A stretch of DNA of 64,000 nucleotides from a virus. The notes beneath the pieces were generated by a model. It saw only the letters and a program-made list of their open reading frames with translations, was not told the DNA's origin and did no database searches. The position numbers and the translations under genes are program-made. Positions 49,362 through 59,053 of this stretch are shown here, piece after piece. Numbering within the stretch: position 1 is the first letter of the stretch; each line of letters opens with the position of its first letter. The stretch is from IMG/VR virus record IMGVR_UViG_3300032087_004567; one strand, 5' to 3'.

Positions 49362-49538
49362 ATGGATATTAGCTCGGCACAATATTATACTGATGGAATT
49401 CATTCAGAAAATTTTGGTATAAGAACAGTCATTAATGGTAAGACATTTTTTGTTCCACTAACACCAGGAAACAGATACTATGACGAAATTATGCGTCAGG
49501 TAGAAGCAGGAACATTAACCATAGCAGAGGCCGATTAA
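49362..49538 (+). CDS. 58-aa putative fibre chaperone; absent from the ORF track
   Basis: MDISSAQYYTDGIHSENFGIRTVINGKTFFVPLTPGNRYYDEIMRQVEAGTLTIAEAD*; AGGAG RBS. Confidence 0.7.
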   Translation: MDISSAQYYTDGIHSENFGIRTVINGKTFFVPLTPGNRYYDEIMRQVEAGTLTIAEAD

Positions 49539-50266
49539 TGCCAACAAATGTATTTTTTAACAACTTTGGTTCAAGTCAAGAACAAAACTTAATAGAAAAC
49601 TTAATTGTTGAGTCAATTAAGATATATGGACATGATGTATTTTATTGTCCTAGAACTTTAGTTGATAAAGATACAATACTTGGTGAAGATGCATCATCAA
49701 AGTATACTAAAGCATTCGAAATAGAAATGTATATTAGAAACATAGAGGGCTTTGAGGGTGAAGGTGATTTACTTTCTAAATTTAATTTAGAGATAAGAGA
49801 TAGAATTACATTTACTCTTGCAGTACGTACATATGATAATGAAGTTGCAACTGTAGAAGGAGCCGGAAGACCTAACGAAGGTGATTTAATATACTTCCCG
49901 CTTAATAAAAAAATATATCAAATTAAATTTGTAGAACATGAGGCAATATTCTATCAATTAGGCTCATTACAAACATATGATCTACAATGCGAACTATTCG
50001 AATATAGTAATGAAATATTAGATACGGGTATTCCAGACATAGATGTAATAGAACAAAATCATAGTATTGCAACTACTAACTATGGTATCTTAACCGAGGA
50101 GTATAACAACTATCATTTATTAGATGAATCTGGATACTCATTAATGCTTGAATCATTTGATTTACAGGTTCAGGTACCTGATGCCGATAATGCACAACTA
50201 CAAATTGATAGTGATTCATTTATAGACTTTACCGAAATAGATCCATTCAGTGAGGGTAATGTATAA
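49538..50266 (+). CDS. gp14: Neck protein
   Basis: EQ.L.E.L..ESIK.YG.DV.Y.PR, GF.GEG.LLSKF, RP.EGDLIYFP, CELFEYS.E, DF.E.DPF. Confidence 0.95.
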   Translation: MPTNVFFNNFGSSQEQNLIENLIVESIKIYGHDVFYCPRTLVDKDTILGEDASSKYTKAFEIEMYIRNIEGFEGEGDLLSKFNLEIRDRITFTLAVRTYDNEVATVEGAGRPNEGDLIYFPLNKKIYQIKFVEHEAIFYQLGSLQTYDLQCELFEYSNEILDTGIPDIDVIEQNHSIATTNYGILTEEYNNYHLLDESGYSLMLESFDLQVQVPDADNAQLQIDSDSFIDFTEIDPFSEGNV

Positions 50267-50925
50267 TGTTTGGAACTACCTTCTATCATGAGCATTTAAG
50301 AAAGTATGTAGTACTATTTGGTACTTTATTTAATGACATCTATATTAATAGGGCAAACTCTAGTGGTCAAATATTATCATCAATGAAGGTTCCTATTTCT
50401 TATTCACCAAAAGAAAAGATGATCGTAAGGGTTGATCAAGATCCAAATTTTGAAAGACCTGTTGCAATAGTATTACCTAGAATGGGTTTTGAAATGACTA
50501 CAATGGCTTATGCATCAGAAAGAAAATTATCATCTATAAAAAAGTTTGGCGTTAGACAAGATAATAACAATGATGAAAACTTAAAATATATTTACAATCC
50601 AGTACCATATGATATTGGTTTCTCTTTATACATTGCAGTAAAAAATACTGAAGACGGTACTAGAATATTAGAACAAATTTTACCATTCTTTACACCCGAA
50701 TGGACTGCAACAGTTAATTTAATACCAGATCTAAATATTAAAACAGATATACCTACTATATTAACCTCAGTAACATCACAAGATATTTACGATGGTGATT
50801 ATACATCAAGAAGGGCGTTAGTGTGGACTTTAGAATTTACTATGAAAGGTTACATATTTGGACCTGTTAAAGAGTCTGGTGTTATTACACTTGCAAATAC
50901 AAACTTCTACGAGGATGTATCATAA
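50266..50925 (+). CDS. gp15: Tail sheath stabiliser / completion protein
   Basis: FYH...RKYV..FGTLFN.I, VPI.Y.PK.K, LPRM.FE, PVPY, EQILP.F.P, DY.G...RR. Confidence 0.95.
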   Translation: MFGTTFYHEHLRKYVVLFGTLFNDIYINRANSSGQILSSMKVPISYSPKEKMIVRVDQDPNFERPVAIVLPRMGFEMTTMAYASERKLSSIKKFGVRQDNNNDENLKYIYNPVPYDIGFSLYIAVKNTEDGTRILEQILPFFTPEWTATVNLIPDLNIKTDIPTILTSVTSQDIYDGDYTSRRALVWTLEFTMKGYIFGPVKESGVITLANTNFYEDVS

Positions 50926-51572
50926 TGGCATTAGAACCATCTGAAAGATTAGTTATTACACCTGGTCAATATGCAAATGGTGATGCATTAACTATGAGAG
51001 TTTCACGTGCAACAGCTACAGCTACTGTAACTGGTGGTGCAATATCGGCTATTACTGTAAAAAGTCAAGGGTATGGATATGATACTGCAACAGTAACTAT
51101 TGCCGCCCCTCCTGTTAGTAATACTATTCAAGCTACAGCAACTGCAACAGTCAATTTAGAGTCAAAAGAAGTTATTAGCTTTACAATATCAAATGGTGGT
51201 AGTGGTTATACATCTACCCCTACAGTAACTATAGCCGACCCGGATAGTGGTAATACGGCCACGGCAAATGCCACGCTTACAGACGGTGTCGTCACTTCAA
51301 TAAATTTAATTGATGGTGGTGATGGATATGGATTAAGTCCTGCTGTAACTATATCAGCACCTTCTTCTATTACTACAAAGACTGCCACAGGTACAGTTAC
51401 AGTATCAGGTAATGTGGTTACTTCTATTGCTGTAAGCAGCGGTGGTGCCGGTTATGTAACATCACCTAATGTAACAATATCAGCACCAGATAAAAGTGTT
51501 GCAAGAGAAACTGTACAAGCTAATTCAACATATGGATTTATTACTGAGATTGTGAGGTTAGATGATGAATGA
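50925..51572 (+). CDS. GSGY-repeat virion protein, possibly the separated C-terminal part of gp15
   Basis: Four G.GY...(P).VTI..P units between ER..ITPG and YGFITE segments. Confidence 0.6.
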   Translation: MALEPSERLVITPGQYANGDALTMRVSRATATATVTGGAISAITVKSQGYGYDTATVTIAAPPVSNTIQATATATVNLESKEVISFTISNGGSGYTSTPTVTIADPDSGNTATANATLTDGVVTSINLIDGGDGYGLSPAVTISAPSSITTKTATGTVTVSGNVVTSIAVSSGGAGYVTSPNVTISAPDKSVARETVQANSTYGFITEIVRLDDE

Positions 51573-51960
51573 TCCAATAAGTAAGGCATTGGATATAGAA
51601 CCAATGAAGAATGAAGTTAAACCAAAAGAAAAAACAGAAGTTCAACCAATAAAGGATAATAAGATAGAACAAGATTTTGAATTTGCAAGAATAAATCAAA
51701 TTCAAGTTATTGATAAAGGTAGAGAGGCATTAGATAATATGTTAGATGTAGCACAAATGTCACAACACCCACGTGGTTATGAAGTAGTTGCAACATTAAT
51801 GAATTCAATCACTACTGCTAATGAGAAGTTATTAGATCTAAGTAAAAGGAAAAAAGACTTAGAAGGTGAAAAGAATCCTACTACCATTAACAATAATCTA
51901 TTTGTAGGAAGTACAAATGAGTTGCAGAAACTACTAAAGAAAAATAATGAATCAGACTGA
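51562..51960 (+). CDS. gp16: Terminase small subunit
   Basis: D.E.AR.N, G..A, HPR.YEV, NNNLFVGST.ELQK.L. Confidence 0.93.
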   Translation: MMNDPISKALDIEPMKNEVKPKEKTEVQPIKDNKIEQDFEFARINQIQVIDKGREALDNMLDVAQMSQHPRGYEVVATLMNSITTANEKLLDLSKRKKDLEGEKNPTTINNNLFVGSTNELQKLLKKNNESD

Positions 51961-53587
51961 AACTTATCTAGGTAATAAAAATCTAAAGAAACAATACGTT
52001 AATATAGAATGGACTAAAGATCTAATTAACGAATATATGAAGTGTGGACGTGATCCGGTTTACTTTGTTGAAAACTATATGAAGATTATTCATGTAGATC
52101 AAGGATTGGTTCCATTTAAACCATATAGTTTTCAAAAAGATATTATTAGATCATCGGTTATAGAAAGATTTTTAATATGTAAAATGCCAAGACAGGTTGG
52201 TAAAACAACCGTACTTACAGCAGTTATATTACATAATGTATTGTTTAATGAAAATTATTCTGTTGCAATATTGGCGCATAAAGCAGATCAGGCAAGAGAA
52301 ATATTAGGAAGAATACAACTTGCCTACGAACATTTACCTAAATGGTTACAACAAGGTATAATTAATTGGAATAAAGGATCGGTAGAATTAGAAAATGGTT
52401 CAAAGATACTTGCAAGTTCAACAGCATCAAGTGCAATTAGAGGAACATCTCAAAACTTAGTATACTTAGATGAGTTTGCATTTGTACCAGGACATATACA
52501 AGAGGAGTTCTTTGCATCAGTCTATCCTACTATTTCATCTGGACAAACTACAAAGGTACTAATTACATCTACACCTAAAGGTTTAAATCTATTTTATAAG
52601 TTATGGAAAGATAGTGAGGAAGGTAGAAATGATTATAAAAGAATTGATGTACATTGGAGCCAGGTACCAGGAAGAGATGAGAAGTGGAAAGAGGAAACTA
52701 TACGAAATACTTCTGAAGAACAATTTAGAGAAGAGTTTGAATGTGAATTCTTAGGTTCATCCTCAACTTTAATAAATGGTCAAAAGTTAAAATTATTAAC
52801 ATATAGTAACCCAATAAAGACTGATAACGAATTAAAGATATATTCAGAACCAGAACAAGATAGATTATATATGATTACGGTGGATACTGCAAGAGGTGTC
52901 GAAGGAGATTATTCAGCTTTTAAAGTATTTGATGTTACAGAAATGCCATATAAAGATGTAGCCTCCTATAGAAATAATACCGTAGATCCTATATTATATC
53001 CTAATATAATACATCCAGTTGCCAAACATTATAACAATGCATTTATTTTAATTGAAACTAATGATATTGGACAACAGGTAGCTGATATATTACATTATGA
53101 ATTAGAGTATTCTAATTTATTATATACTGCAAATCCTGATAAGAAAGGTGTTAGATTATCTGCAGGTTTTAGTGGACATTCACATGCAGGTGTAAGAACA
53201 ACACCTATAGTTAAGAAATTAGGTTGTAGTAATTTTAAAACTTTAGTAGAAAATGACAAATTAATAGTAAATGATTATGAGACTTTGCAAGAAATGTATA
53301 GATTTATACATAAGGGATCATCATTCGAAGCAGAAGAAGGCAATGACGACCTAGTTATGTGCTGTGTTTTGTTTTCATGGATGACAGATCAATTATATTT
53401 TAAAGAACTCACAAGTTCTGATTTTAGACAACGTTTAGAAAAAGAGAATGAAAAACGACTAGAAGATAACCTATTACCCTTTGGATTAAGAGAAAATGGT
53501 GTGGATGATGTTATTGATTGGACTGATGAAGAGCCAAAGGTAGTAGACTTAGAGAACATGTCGTTTGACGAGTGGATGAGAAATTGA
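51947..53587 (+). CDS. gp17: Terminase large subunit
   Basis: YLGN.NLK, PRQ.GKTT, YLDEFAF, STP.G.N.FY, D.ARG...DYS, DDLVM. Confidence 0.98.
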   Translation: MNQTETYLGNKNLKKQYVNIEWTKDLINEYMKCGRDPVYFVENYMKIIHVDQGLVPFKPYSFQKDIIRSSVIERFLICKMPRQVGKTTVLTAVILHNVLFNENYSVAILAHKADQAREILGRIQLAYEHLPKWLQQGIINWNKGSVELENGSKILASSTASSAIRGTSQNLVYLDEFAFVPGHIQEEFFASVYPTISSGQTTKVLITSTPKGLNLFYKLWKDSEEGRNDYKRIDVHWSQVPGRDEKWKEETIRNTSEEQFREEFECEFLGSSSTLINGQKLKLLTYSNPIKTDNELKIYSEPEQDRLYMITVDTARGVEGDYSAFKVFDVTEMPYKDVASYRNNTVDPILYPNIIHPVAKHYNNAFILIETNDIGQQVADILHYELEYSNLLYTANPDKKGVRLSAGFSGHSHAGVRTTPIVKKLGCSNFKTLVENDKLIVNDYETLQEMYRFIHKGSSFEAEEGNDDLVMCCVLFSWMTDQLYFKELTSSDFRQRLEKENEKRLEDNLLPFGLRENGVDDVIDWTDEEPKVVDLENMSFDEWMRN

Positions 53588-53593
53588 GTCATT

Positions 53594-53601
53594 TATAAAT
53601 A
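53594..53601 (+). promoter_or_regulatory. T4 late promoter TATAAATA (gp18)
   Basis: Exact consensus, intergenic. Confidence 0.85.
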
Positions 53602-53646
53602 AAATAGACTTGTGCTAAATAATAACCTTAATGGGGAGATAATAAC

Positions 53647-55764
53647 ATGCCATTCCAAGTAAGTCCAGGAGTTAATGTATCTGAAATTGACTTATCTACG
53701 GTTGTCCCTGCGGTATCCACTACAGAAGGCGCACTTGCCGGTCTGTTTAGATGGGGACCGATAGACAAACGTTTATTAATCAGTTCAGAAGATGAGTTGG
53801 TCGAAAGATTCGGCAAACCAACTAATCATAATGCAGAAACTTTTTTTACTGCCGCAAATTTTTTATCTTACGGTAATAAGTTATATGTCGTAAGATCAGC
53901 TAATACAACTGATGCTGGTGGTTCTGCAGGTGTTCTAACATCATATGCTAATGTAGGTGCTGTAACTACTAATACAAACCTAATAGTAAAAAATGATGAT
54001 GACATTGATAGCAGTTCAGTACAAACATCACTAACAAGTGAAACAAATGTAATGTACGTTGCAAGATATCCAGGTGCAATAGGTAATTCATTAAAAATTA
54101 GTGTATGTGATACAGCAACAGCTTATTTTAGTAATACATCTATTACTGGTGGTGATGCAAATCTATCATCAAATGGAGAATTAACAAGTGTAGTTGCAAC
54201 TACAGGTTCAAATACAGTTAGTATTAAAATTGCTAATTCAGCAACAGGTGTTGTTTCAGAAGCTGAAACAAAAGTAACCGCCTTAAAAGCATTACTAACA
54301 GTAGGTGATCTTTTAGAGTTAGGAAACACATCTATAGGTACACAGACTAAAAAAATTACTGCTTTAGGTGCTGTAACTACTAATACTACTCATGCATCAG
54401 TAACCATTAATTTAGATAGTAACTATACACTCGCAACATTTGGCAATGAAGCTGTTGCTAATGTTGAGACAACTGATTCAGGTTACCTAAAGAGATATTG
54501 GGAGTATTATAATGCAGTAGATGCTGCACCAGGTACTTCTACATACCAAACAAATTTTGGTAACTCAGCTGCTGTTGATGAAGTACACGTAGTGGTAGCC
54601 GATGAAGATGGTTTAATTTCTGGTGTACCAGGAACTATTCTAGAAACATGGAGAGGTTTGTCTAGAGCTACAAATGCTAAATTAGAAGAAGGACAAACTA
54701 ACTACTATAGAGATGTAATTAATAATAACAGTAGATATATTTACCCAGCTGCAGTTAGAAGCTCAGGCTACGCTAATACAGCTGCAAATATTACTACACT
54801 TTCAAACACCTTACCACAAACAGTATCAATGGTAGGTGGTTCAGATGGTAATCCAGAAGGTAACGTTGCACTATCAACTATTCAGTTAGGATATGATCAC
54901 TTTAAATCAGCTGAAGATGTTGACATTTCATTAGTACTACAAGGTAAGGCAAGAGGTGGTACAAATGGAGAATCAGTTGCAAATTATATCATCGATAATA
55001 TTTGTGAAACAAGAAAAGATTGTGTAGCATTTGTTTCACCAGATAAAGATGATGTAGTATTACAGACAACAGGTGATGAAGAAACTCAAGTTAAGACTTA
55101 TAGAGATTCAGTTACAACATCATCATACGCTGTAATGGATTCTGGTTACAAGTATCAATATGACAAATACAATGACCTTTATCGTTATATTCCACTTAAC
55201 GGTGATGTAGCTGGTCTTTGTGTTAGAACAGATGAAACAAGAGATCCTTGGTATTCACCTGCAGGTTACAACAGAGGAGTAATTAAAAATGTTGTTAAGC
55301 TTGCATTTAATCCAGGCAAAGCCGAAAGAGACGTTCTTTATAAGTCAGGGGTAAATCCAGTAGTAACATTCCCAGGACAAGGAACATTACTTTTTGGAGA
55401 CAAGACACTATTAGCTAAGCCTTCAGCATTTGATAGAATTAATGTAAGAAGACTTTTCATAGTACTAGAGAAAGCGATTTCTACAGCAGCTAAATTTACA
55501 TTGTTTGAGTTCAATGATGAATTTACAAGAGCACAGTTTAAGAATTTGGTTGAACCATTCTTAAGAGATGTTCAAGGTAGAAGAGGTATCACTGACTTTA
55601 GAGTTGTTTGTGACGAAACAAACAATACTGGTGAGGTTATTGATAGAAACGAGTTTGTTGGAGACATTTACATCAAGCCCGCAAGATCAATTAACTTCAT
55701 TCAGCTTAATTTCGTTGCAGTAAGAACAGGTGTAGAGTTCTCTGAAATTGTCGGACAGTTTTAA
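53647..55764 (+). CDS. gp18: Tail sheath protein
   Basis: SPGV.V.E.DL, F.WGP, FL.YG, RKDC.AF.SP, PW.SPAG..RG, SAFDRINVRRLF, KPARSINFI.LNF. Confidence 0.98.
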   Translation: MPFQVSPGVNVSEIDLSTVVPAVSTTEGALAGLFRWGPIDKRLLISSEDELVERFGKPTNHNAETFFTAANFLSYGNKLYVVRSANTTDAGGSAGVLTSYANVGAVTTNTNLIVKNDDDIDSSSVQTSLTSETNVMYVARYPGAIGNSLKISVCDTATAYFSNTSITGGDANLSSNGELTSVVATTGSNTVSIKIANSATGVVSEAETKVTALKALLTVGDLLELGNTSIGTQTKKITALGAVTTNTTHASVTINLDSNYTLATFGNEAVANVETTDSGYLKRYWEYYNAVDAAPGTSTYQTNFGNSAAVDEVHVVVADEDGLISGVPGTILETWRGLSRATNAKLEEGQTNYYRDVINNNSRYIYPAAVRSSGYANTAANITTLSNTLPQTVSMVGGSDGNPEGNVALSTIQLGYDHFKSAEDVDISLVLQGKARGGTNGESVANYIIDNICETRKDCVAFVSPDKDDVVLQTTGDEETQVKTYRDSVTTSSYAVMDSGYKYQYDKYNDLYRYIPLNGDVAGLCVRTDETRDPWYSPAGYNRGVIKNVVKLAFNPGKAERDVLYKSGVNPVVTFPGQGTLLFGDKTLLAKPSAFDRINVRRLFIVLEKAISTAAKFTLFEFNDEFTRAQFKNLVEPFLRDVQGRRGITDFRVVCDETNNTGEVIDRNEFVGDIYIKPARSINFIQLNFVAVRTGVEFSEIVGQF

Positions 55765-55792
55765 TAAATAGAATAGACAAGGAGAATATTAA

Positions 55793-56344
55793 ATGGCCTT
55801 TACAGTAAACGAAATAAGAAGTCAATTATCACTTGGAGGAGCGAGAAATACGCTCTTCCAAGTACAGATACAGAATCCTGCGAACGGGGTAGCAGATATT
55901 AAAGTCCCGTTTATGGTAAGAACAGCAATTATCCCATCGAGTGACCTAGGTGTTATAGAGGTACCATACTTTGGTCGTAAGATTAGATTAGCTGGTGATA
56001 GAACTTTTGGAGATTGGACAGTAACAGTAATTAATGATGAGGACTTCCTTATCAGAAATGCAATGGAACAATGGTCCAACCAAATTAATTCTTTAAGAGG
56101 TAACTTAAGAACTTTTGGTGCAGCAGCTCCATCACTATACAAAGCTAACGCAACTGTAACTCAGTATTCTAAGACGGGTGTTCCAATAAGAACATATACC
56201 TTTAATGGTATATTTCCACAGTCTTTATCAACTATTGATTTAGATTGGAATGCAACAGATCAGATAGAAGAGTTTACAGTATCATTCCAATACGATTGGT
56301 GGGAGGTTACTGGTGGCATTACTGGCAACGCAGGCGGAGCTTAA
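55793..56344 (+). CDS. gp19: Tail tube protein
   Basis: GGAR..LFQV, P.S.LG.I.VPY.GR....AGDRTF..WT.T.IND, IEEF.V.F.Y..W. Confidence 0.97.
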   Translation: MAFTVNEIRSQLSLGGARNTLFQVQIQNPANGVADIKVPFMVRTAIIPSSDLGVIEVPYFGRKIRLAGDRTFGDWTVTVINDEDFLIRNAMEQWSNQINSLRGNLRTFGAAAPSLYKANATVTQYSKTGVPIRTYTFNGIFPQSLSTIDLDWNATDQIEEFTVSFQYDWWEVTGGITGNAGGA

Positions 56345-56360
56345 TTGTTATTTTGATAAT

Positions 56361-56387
56361 AGAGGGATAGGAGACTATCCCTCTTTT
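56361..56387 (+). terminator. Intrinsic terminator after gp19
   Basis: AGAGGGATAG-GAGA-CTATCCCTCT stem with GNRA loop and short U-tract. Confidence 0.8.
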
Positions 56388-56401
56388 GATATGGAGATAT
56401 A

Positions 56402-57973
56402 ATGAAAATATTTGGATTTGAAATAAAAAGACCTTCAGAAGAAAAAGAACCTTTATCTTTTACAGCGCCAACAGATGATGATGGAGCTGTAGTTGTAGCT
56501 GCAGGTGGTGTTTATGGCACCTATGTTGATTTAGAAGGTTCAGCTAAGACTGAAGCAGAGCTTGTTACAAAGTATCGTGATATGTTAAATCAACCAGAAG
56601 TTGATCTAGCTGTAGATGACATAGTCAATGAAGCTATCATACAAGAACCCGAACAACCTATTGTTAAAATTAATTTAGATCATTTACTTCATACGAAAGA
56701 AAATGTTAAGTCAATAGTTACACAAGAGTTTGATGAAATATTAGAACTTTTAAATTTTAACAATCAAGCATATGAAATATTTAAAAGGTTTTATGTTGAT
56801 GGTAGATTGTATTATCATGCAGTAATAGATGATAATGATGTTAAAGCTGGTATAAAAGAGTTAAGATATGTCGATGCTCGTAAGATAAGAAAAATAAAAG
56901 AAGTACAAAAGAAAAGAGATAAGTTAACAGGCGCATCTTTATCTAAAACTGTTAATGAATACTATTTGTATAGTGAAAAAGGCTATTGGAATGCCGGGAA
57001 CGGTAATCCAAGCTCACAAGGGGCTGCAACAGGCGGCTTAAAAATTGCAAAGGATAGTATTGTTCATGTTACCTCAGGACTTATGGATACTAATAATACG
57101 GTTGTACTTTCATATCTTCATAAGGCGATAAAAGTTTTAAATCAATTAAGAACTTTAGAGGATGCAACTGTAATTTATAGAATATCAAGAGCACCAGAAA
57201 GAAGAATTTTTTATATTGATGTTGGTAATTTACCAAAGATGAAAGCAGAGCAATACTTACGTGATATGATGTTAAGGCATAAAAACAGAACTGTTTATGA
57301 TGCTACAACAGGTGAGGTAAGAGATGATCGTAAGTTTATGACAATGTTAGAAGATTATTGGTTACCTAGAAGAGAAGGTAATAGAGGTACAGAGATAACT
57401 ACTCTACCTGGAGGTCAAAACTTAGGTGAGTTAACTGATGTACAATATTTTCAAAAGAAACTTTATAGAGCACTTCATGTACCTGAATCTAGATTGCAAG
57501 TTGAAACATCTTATAATATAGGTAGGTCAACAGAGATACAGAGAGATGAAGTTAAGTTTACTAAATTTATTAATAGATTAAGAGGTAAGTTCTCGCAACT
57601 ATTCTTAAAGTCATTAGAGAAGCAATTAGCACTTAAAGGACTAATGAATGTAGATGAATTTAAAGAAATATCACAAGATATTAAATTTGATTTTGCTATT
57701 GATAATTATTTCTCTGAGTTAAAAAATATTGACATTACAAGAGAAAGAGTTAGTGTATTAAGAGATTTAGATGAATATGCAGGAAGATATGTTTCCCATA
57801 AATGGGTAAGAAAAAATATCTTAAGACAGTCTGAGGAAGAGATTGAAAAAGAGGATGCAGAAATGGGAGAAGAAATGAACGATCCTAGATTTGCTACTCC
57901 ACAAGCTCAACCAGAAGGTGAAAGTGAACCAAGTCAACCTAGTAACGATCAAGGTGATGAAACTTCACAATAA
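56402..57973 (+). CDS. gp20: Portal protein
   Basis: YVDGR, ELRY.D.RK, SYLHKAIK..NQL..LED..VIYR..RAPERRIFYIDVGN.PK.KAEQY, EDYWLPRREG.RGTEI.TLPGG. Confidence 0.98.
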   Translation: MKIFGFEIKRPSEEKEPLSFTAPTDDDGAVVVAAGGVYGTYVDLEGSAKTEAELVTKYRDMLNQPEVDLAVDDIVNEAIIQEPEQPIVKINLDHLLHTKENVKSIVTQEFDEILELLNFNNQAYEIFKRFYVDGRLYYHAVIDDNDVKAGIKELRYVDARKIRKIKEVQKKRDKLTGASLSKTVNEYYLYSEKGYWNAGNGNPSSQGAATGGLKIAKDSIVHVTSGLMDTNNTVVLSYLHKAIKVLNQLRTLEDATVIYRISRAPERRIFYIDVGNLPKMKAEQYLRDMMLRHKNRTVYDATTGEVRDDRKFMTMLEDYWLPRREGNRGTEITTLPGGQNLGELTDVQYFQKKLYRALHVPESRLQVETSYNIGRSTEIQRDEVKFTKFINRLRGKFSQLFLKSLEKQLALKGLMNVDEFKEISQDIKFDFAIDNYFSELKNIDITRERVSVLRDLDEYAGRYVSHKWVRKNILRQSEEEIEKEDAEMGEEMNDPRFATPQAQPEGESEPSQPSNDQGDETSQ

Positions 57974-57996
57974 ATAAATAAAATGGAGACAATAAA

Positions 57997-58284
57997 ATGC
58001 CAAGTAGTATACAAGATATAATTGATGCAGCAGTAGAAGAAAAACCTCAAGAGGTTGCTTCTCATTTTAATGATGTACTAGGACAAAAAGTTTTAGATGC
58101 ATTGGATGCGAGAAAAAAACAATTAGCGCAGTCAATGTTTAGTAATAGTAACGATGATCAAGAGACTGAAACAGAAGTAGAAGCTCAAGATCAACAAGAA
58201 CCAGAACAGGAAATAGAGGCCCAAGATGCAGAAACCGAAGACACTGAGTCAACTGAAGAAGACGATACAACAAAAGAAGGGTGA
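57997..58284 (+). CDS. Acidic prohead core-like protein (gp67-like position)
   Basis: Follows portal; F...L..K..DAL..RK..LA..MF plus acidic tail; GGAG RBS. Confidence 0.6.
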   Translation: MPSSIQDIIDAAVEEKPQEVASHFNDVLGQKVLDALDARKKQLAQSMFSNSNDDQETETEVEAQDQQEPEQEIEAQDAETEDTESTEEDDTTKEG

Positions 58285-58774
58285 GTCTGGCTCTGGGGCG
58301 TATTACCCTAAAGGCAAAGACGAACAAGAATTTGTTGATAAGCATGAAATAGAAAAAACTGATGATGCAAATGGTAATGGTGATGAAGTCTTTAGCGCAA
58401 GTAATGTAAAAGTTGCAAAGCGTTCAGAAGAAAAACATGGCTACGATAAAGATAAAGATGATGATGTATATGAAGAAGTAAATGAAATGTCAGATAGTGA
58501 AAAAAAGAAAGCAGAAACTATCGTTAAAGGCATGAAAAAGAATATGTCATCTTTTAAAAAGCAATATGGTAAAGATGCTGAATCAGTTATGTATGCAACA
58601 GCAAACAAATTAGCACAAGAAGAAGTTGAAGAAGGCGAGGATGTAGATACAGCTTTACTTGAACTCTATGCTGAACTAACATCAGATAATAAGCTAATCA
58701 TGGAACAAATGTTAGAGGAAGGATTACAAGACGAGCTTCTAGAAGCTTTAAAAGAAGAGGAACAAAATGGCTGA
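58226..58774 (+). CDS. Acidic prohead core/internal protein
   Basis: E..FVDKH, GN.D.VF, E.IVKGMKK....F...YG..A..VMYATA.K.A. Confidence 0.6.
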   Translation: MQKPKTLSQLKKTIQQKKGESGSGAYYPKGKDEQEFVDKHEIEKTDDANGNGDEVFSASNVKVAKRSEEKHGYDKDKDDDVYEEVNEMSDSEKKKAETIVKGMKKNMSSFKKQYGKDAESVMYATANKLAQEEVEEGEDVDTALLELYAELTSDNKLIMEQMLEEGLQDELLEALKEEEQNG

Positions 58775-59042
58775 TATTCTTAAAATAAAAAACTCTGAAA
58801 TAACAGTTCCAGCTACTGCTAATACTGTTGATGACGCCTCTTTAGTAAGATTAATTAACACATCATCAGATACTAATTTTACTATTACACAAAAATATGC
58901 CAATGGTGATACTATTGGTACATTTACGATAGGATTTGCAGGTACAGATGAAAGTGTTGTTTATCTTATGAAAGAGCCAACAGAAACTATAGAGGTAAAT
59001 TCTGGCACATCTGTTAAAGGTGTTTCAGTAGCGTTTTACTAA
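58767..59042 (+). CDS. Hypothetical small virion protein
   Basis: Coupled ORF with GAGG RBS just before gp21. Confidence 0.55.
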   Translation: MADILKIKNSEITVPATANTVDDASLVRLINTSSDTNFTITQKYANGDTIGTFTIGFAGTDESVVYLMKEPTETIEVNSGTSVKGVSVAFY

Positions 59043-59053
59043 AAGGAAAAGAG

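Noticed and set aside
11946-56142. Numerous minus-strand ORFs inside structural genes (e.g. 11946..12527, 41838..42290, 55822..56142)
   Set aside because: Antisense openness expected from codon bias of S/T/G/N-rich genes; no independent evidence of coding
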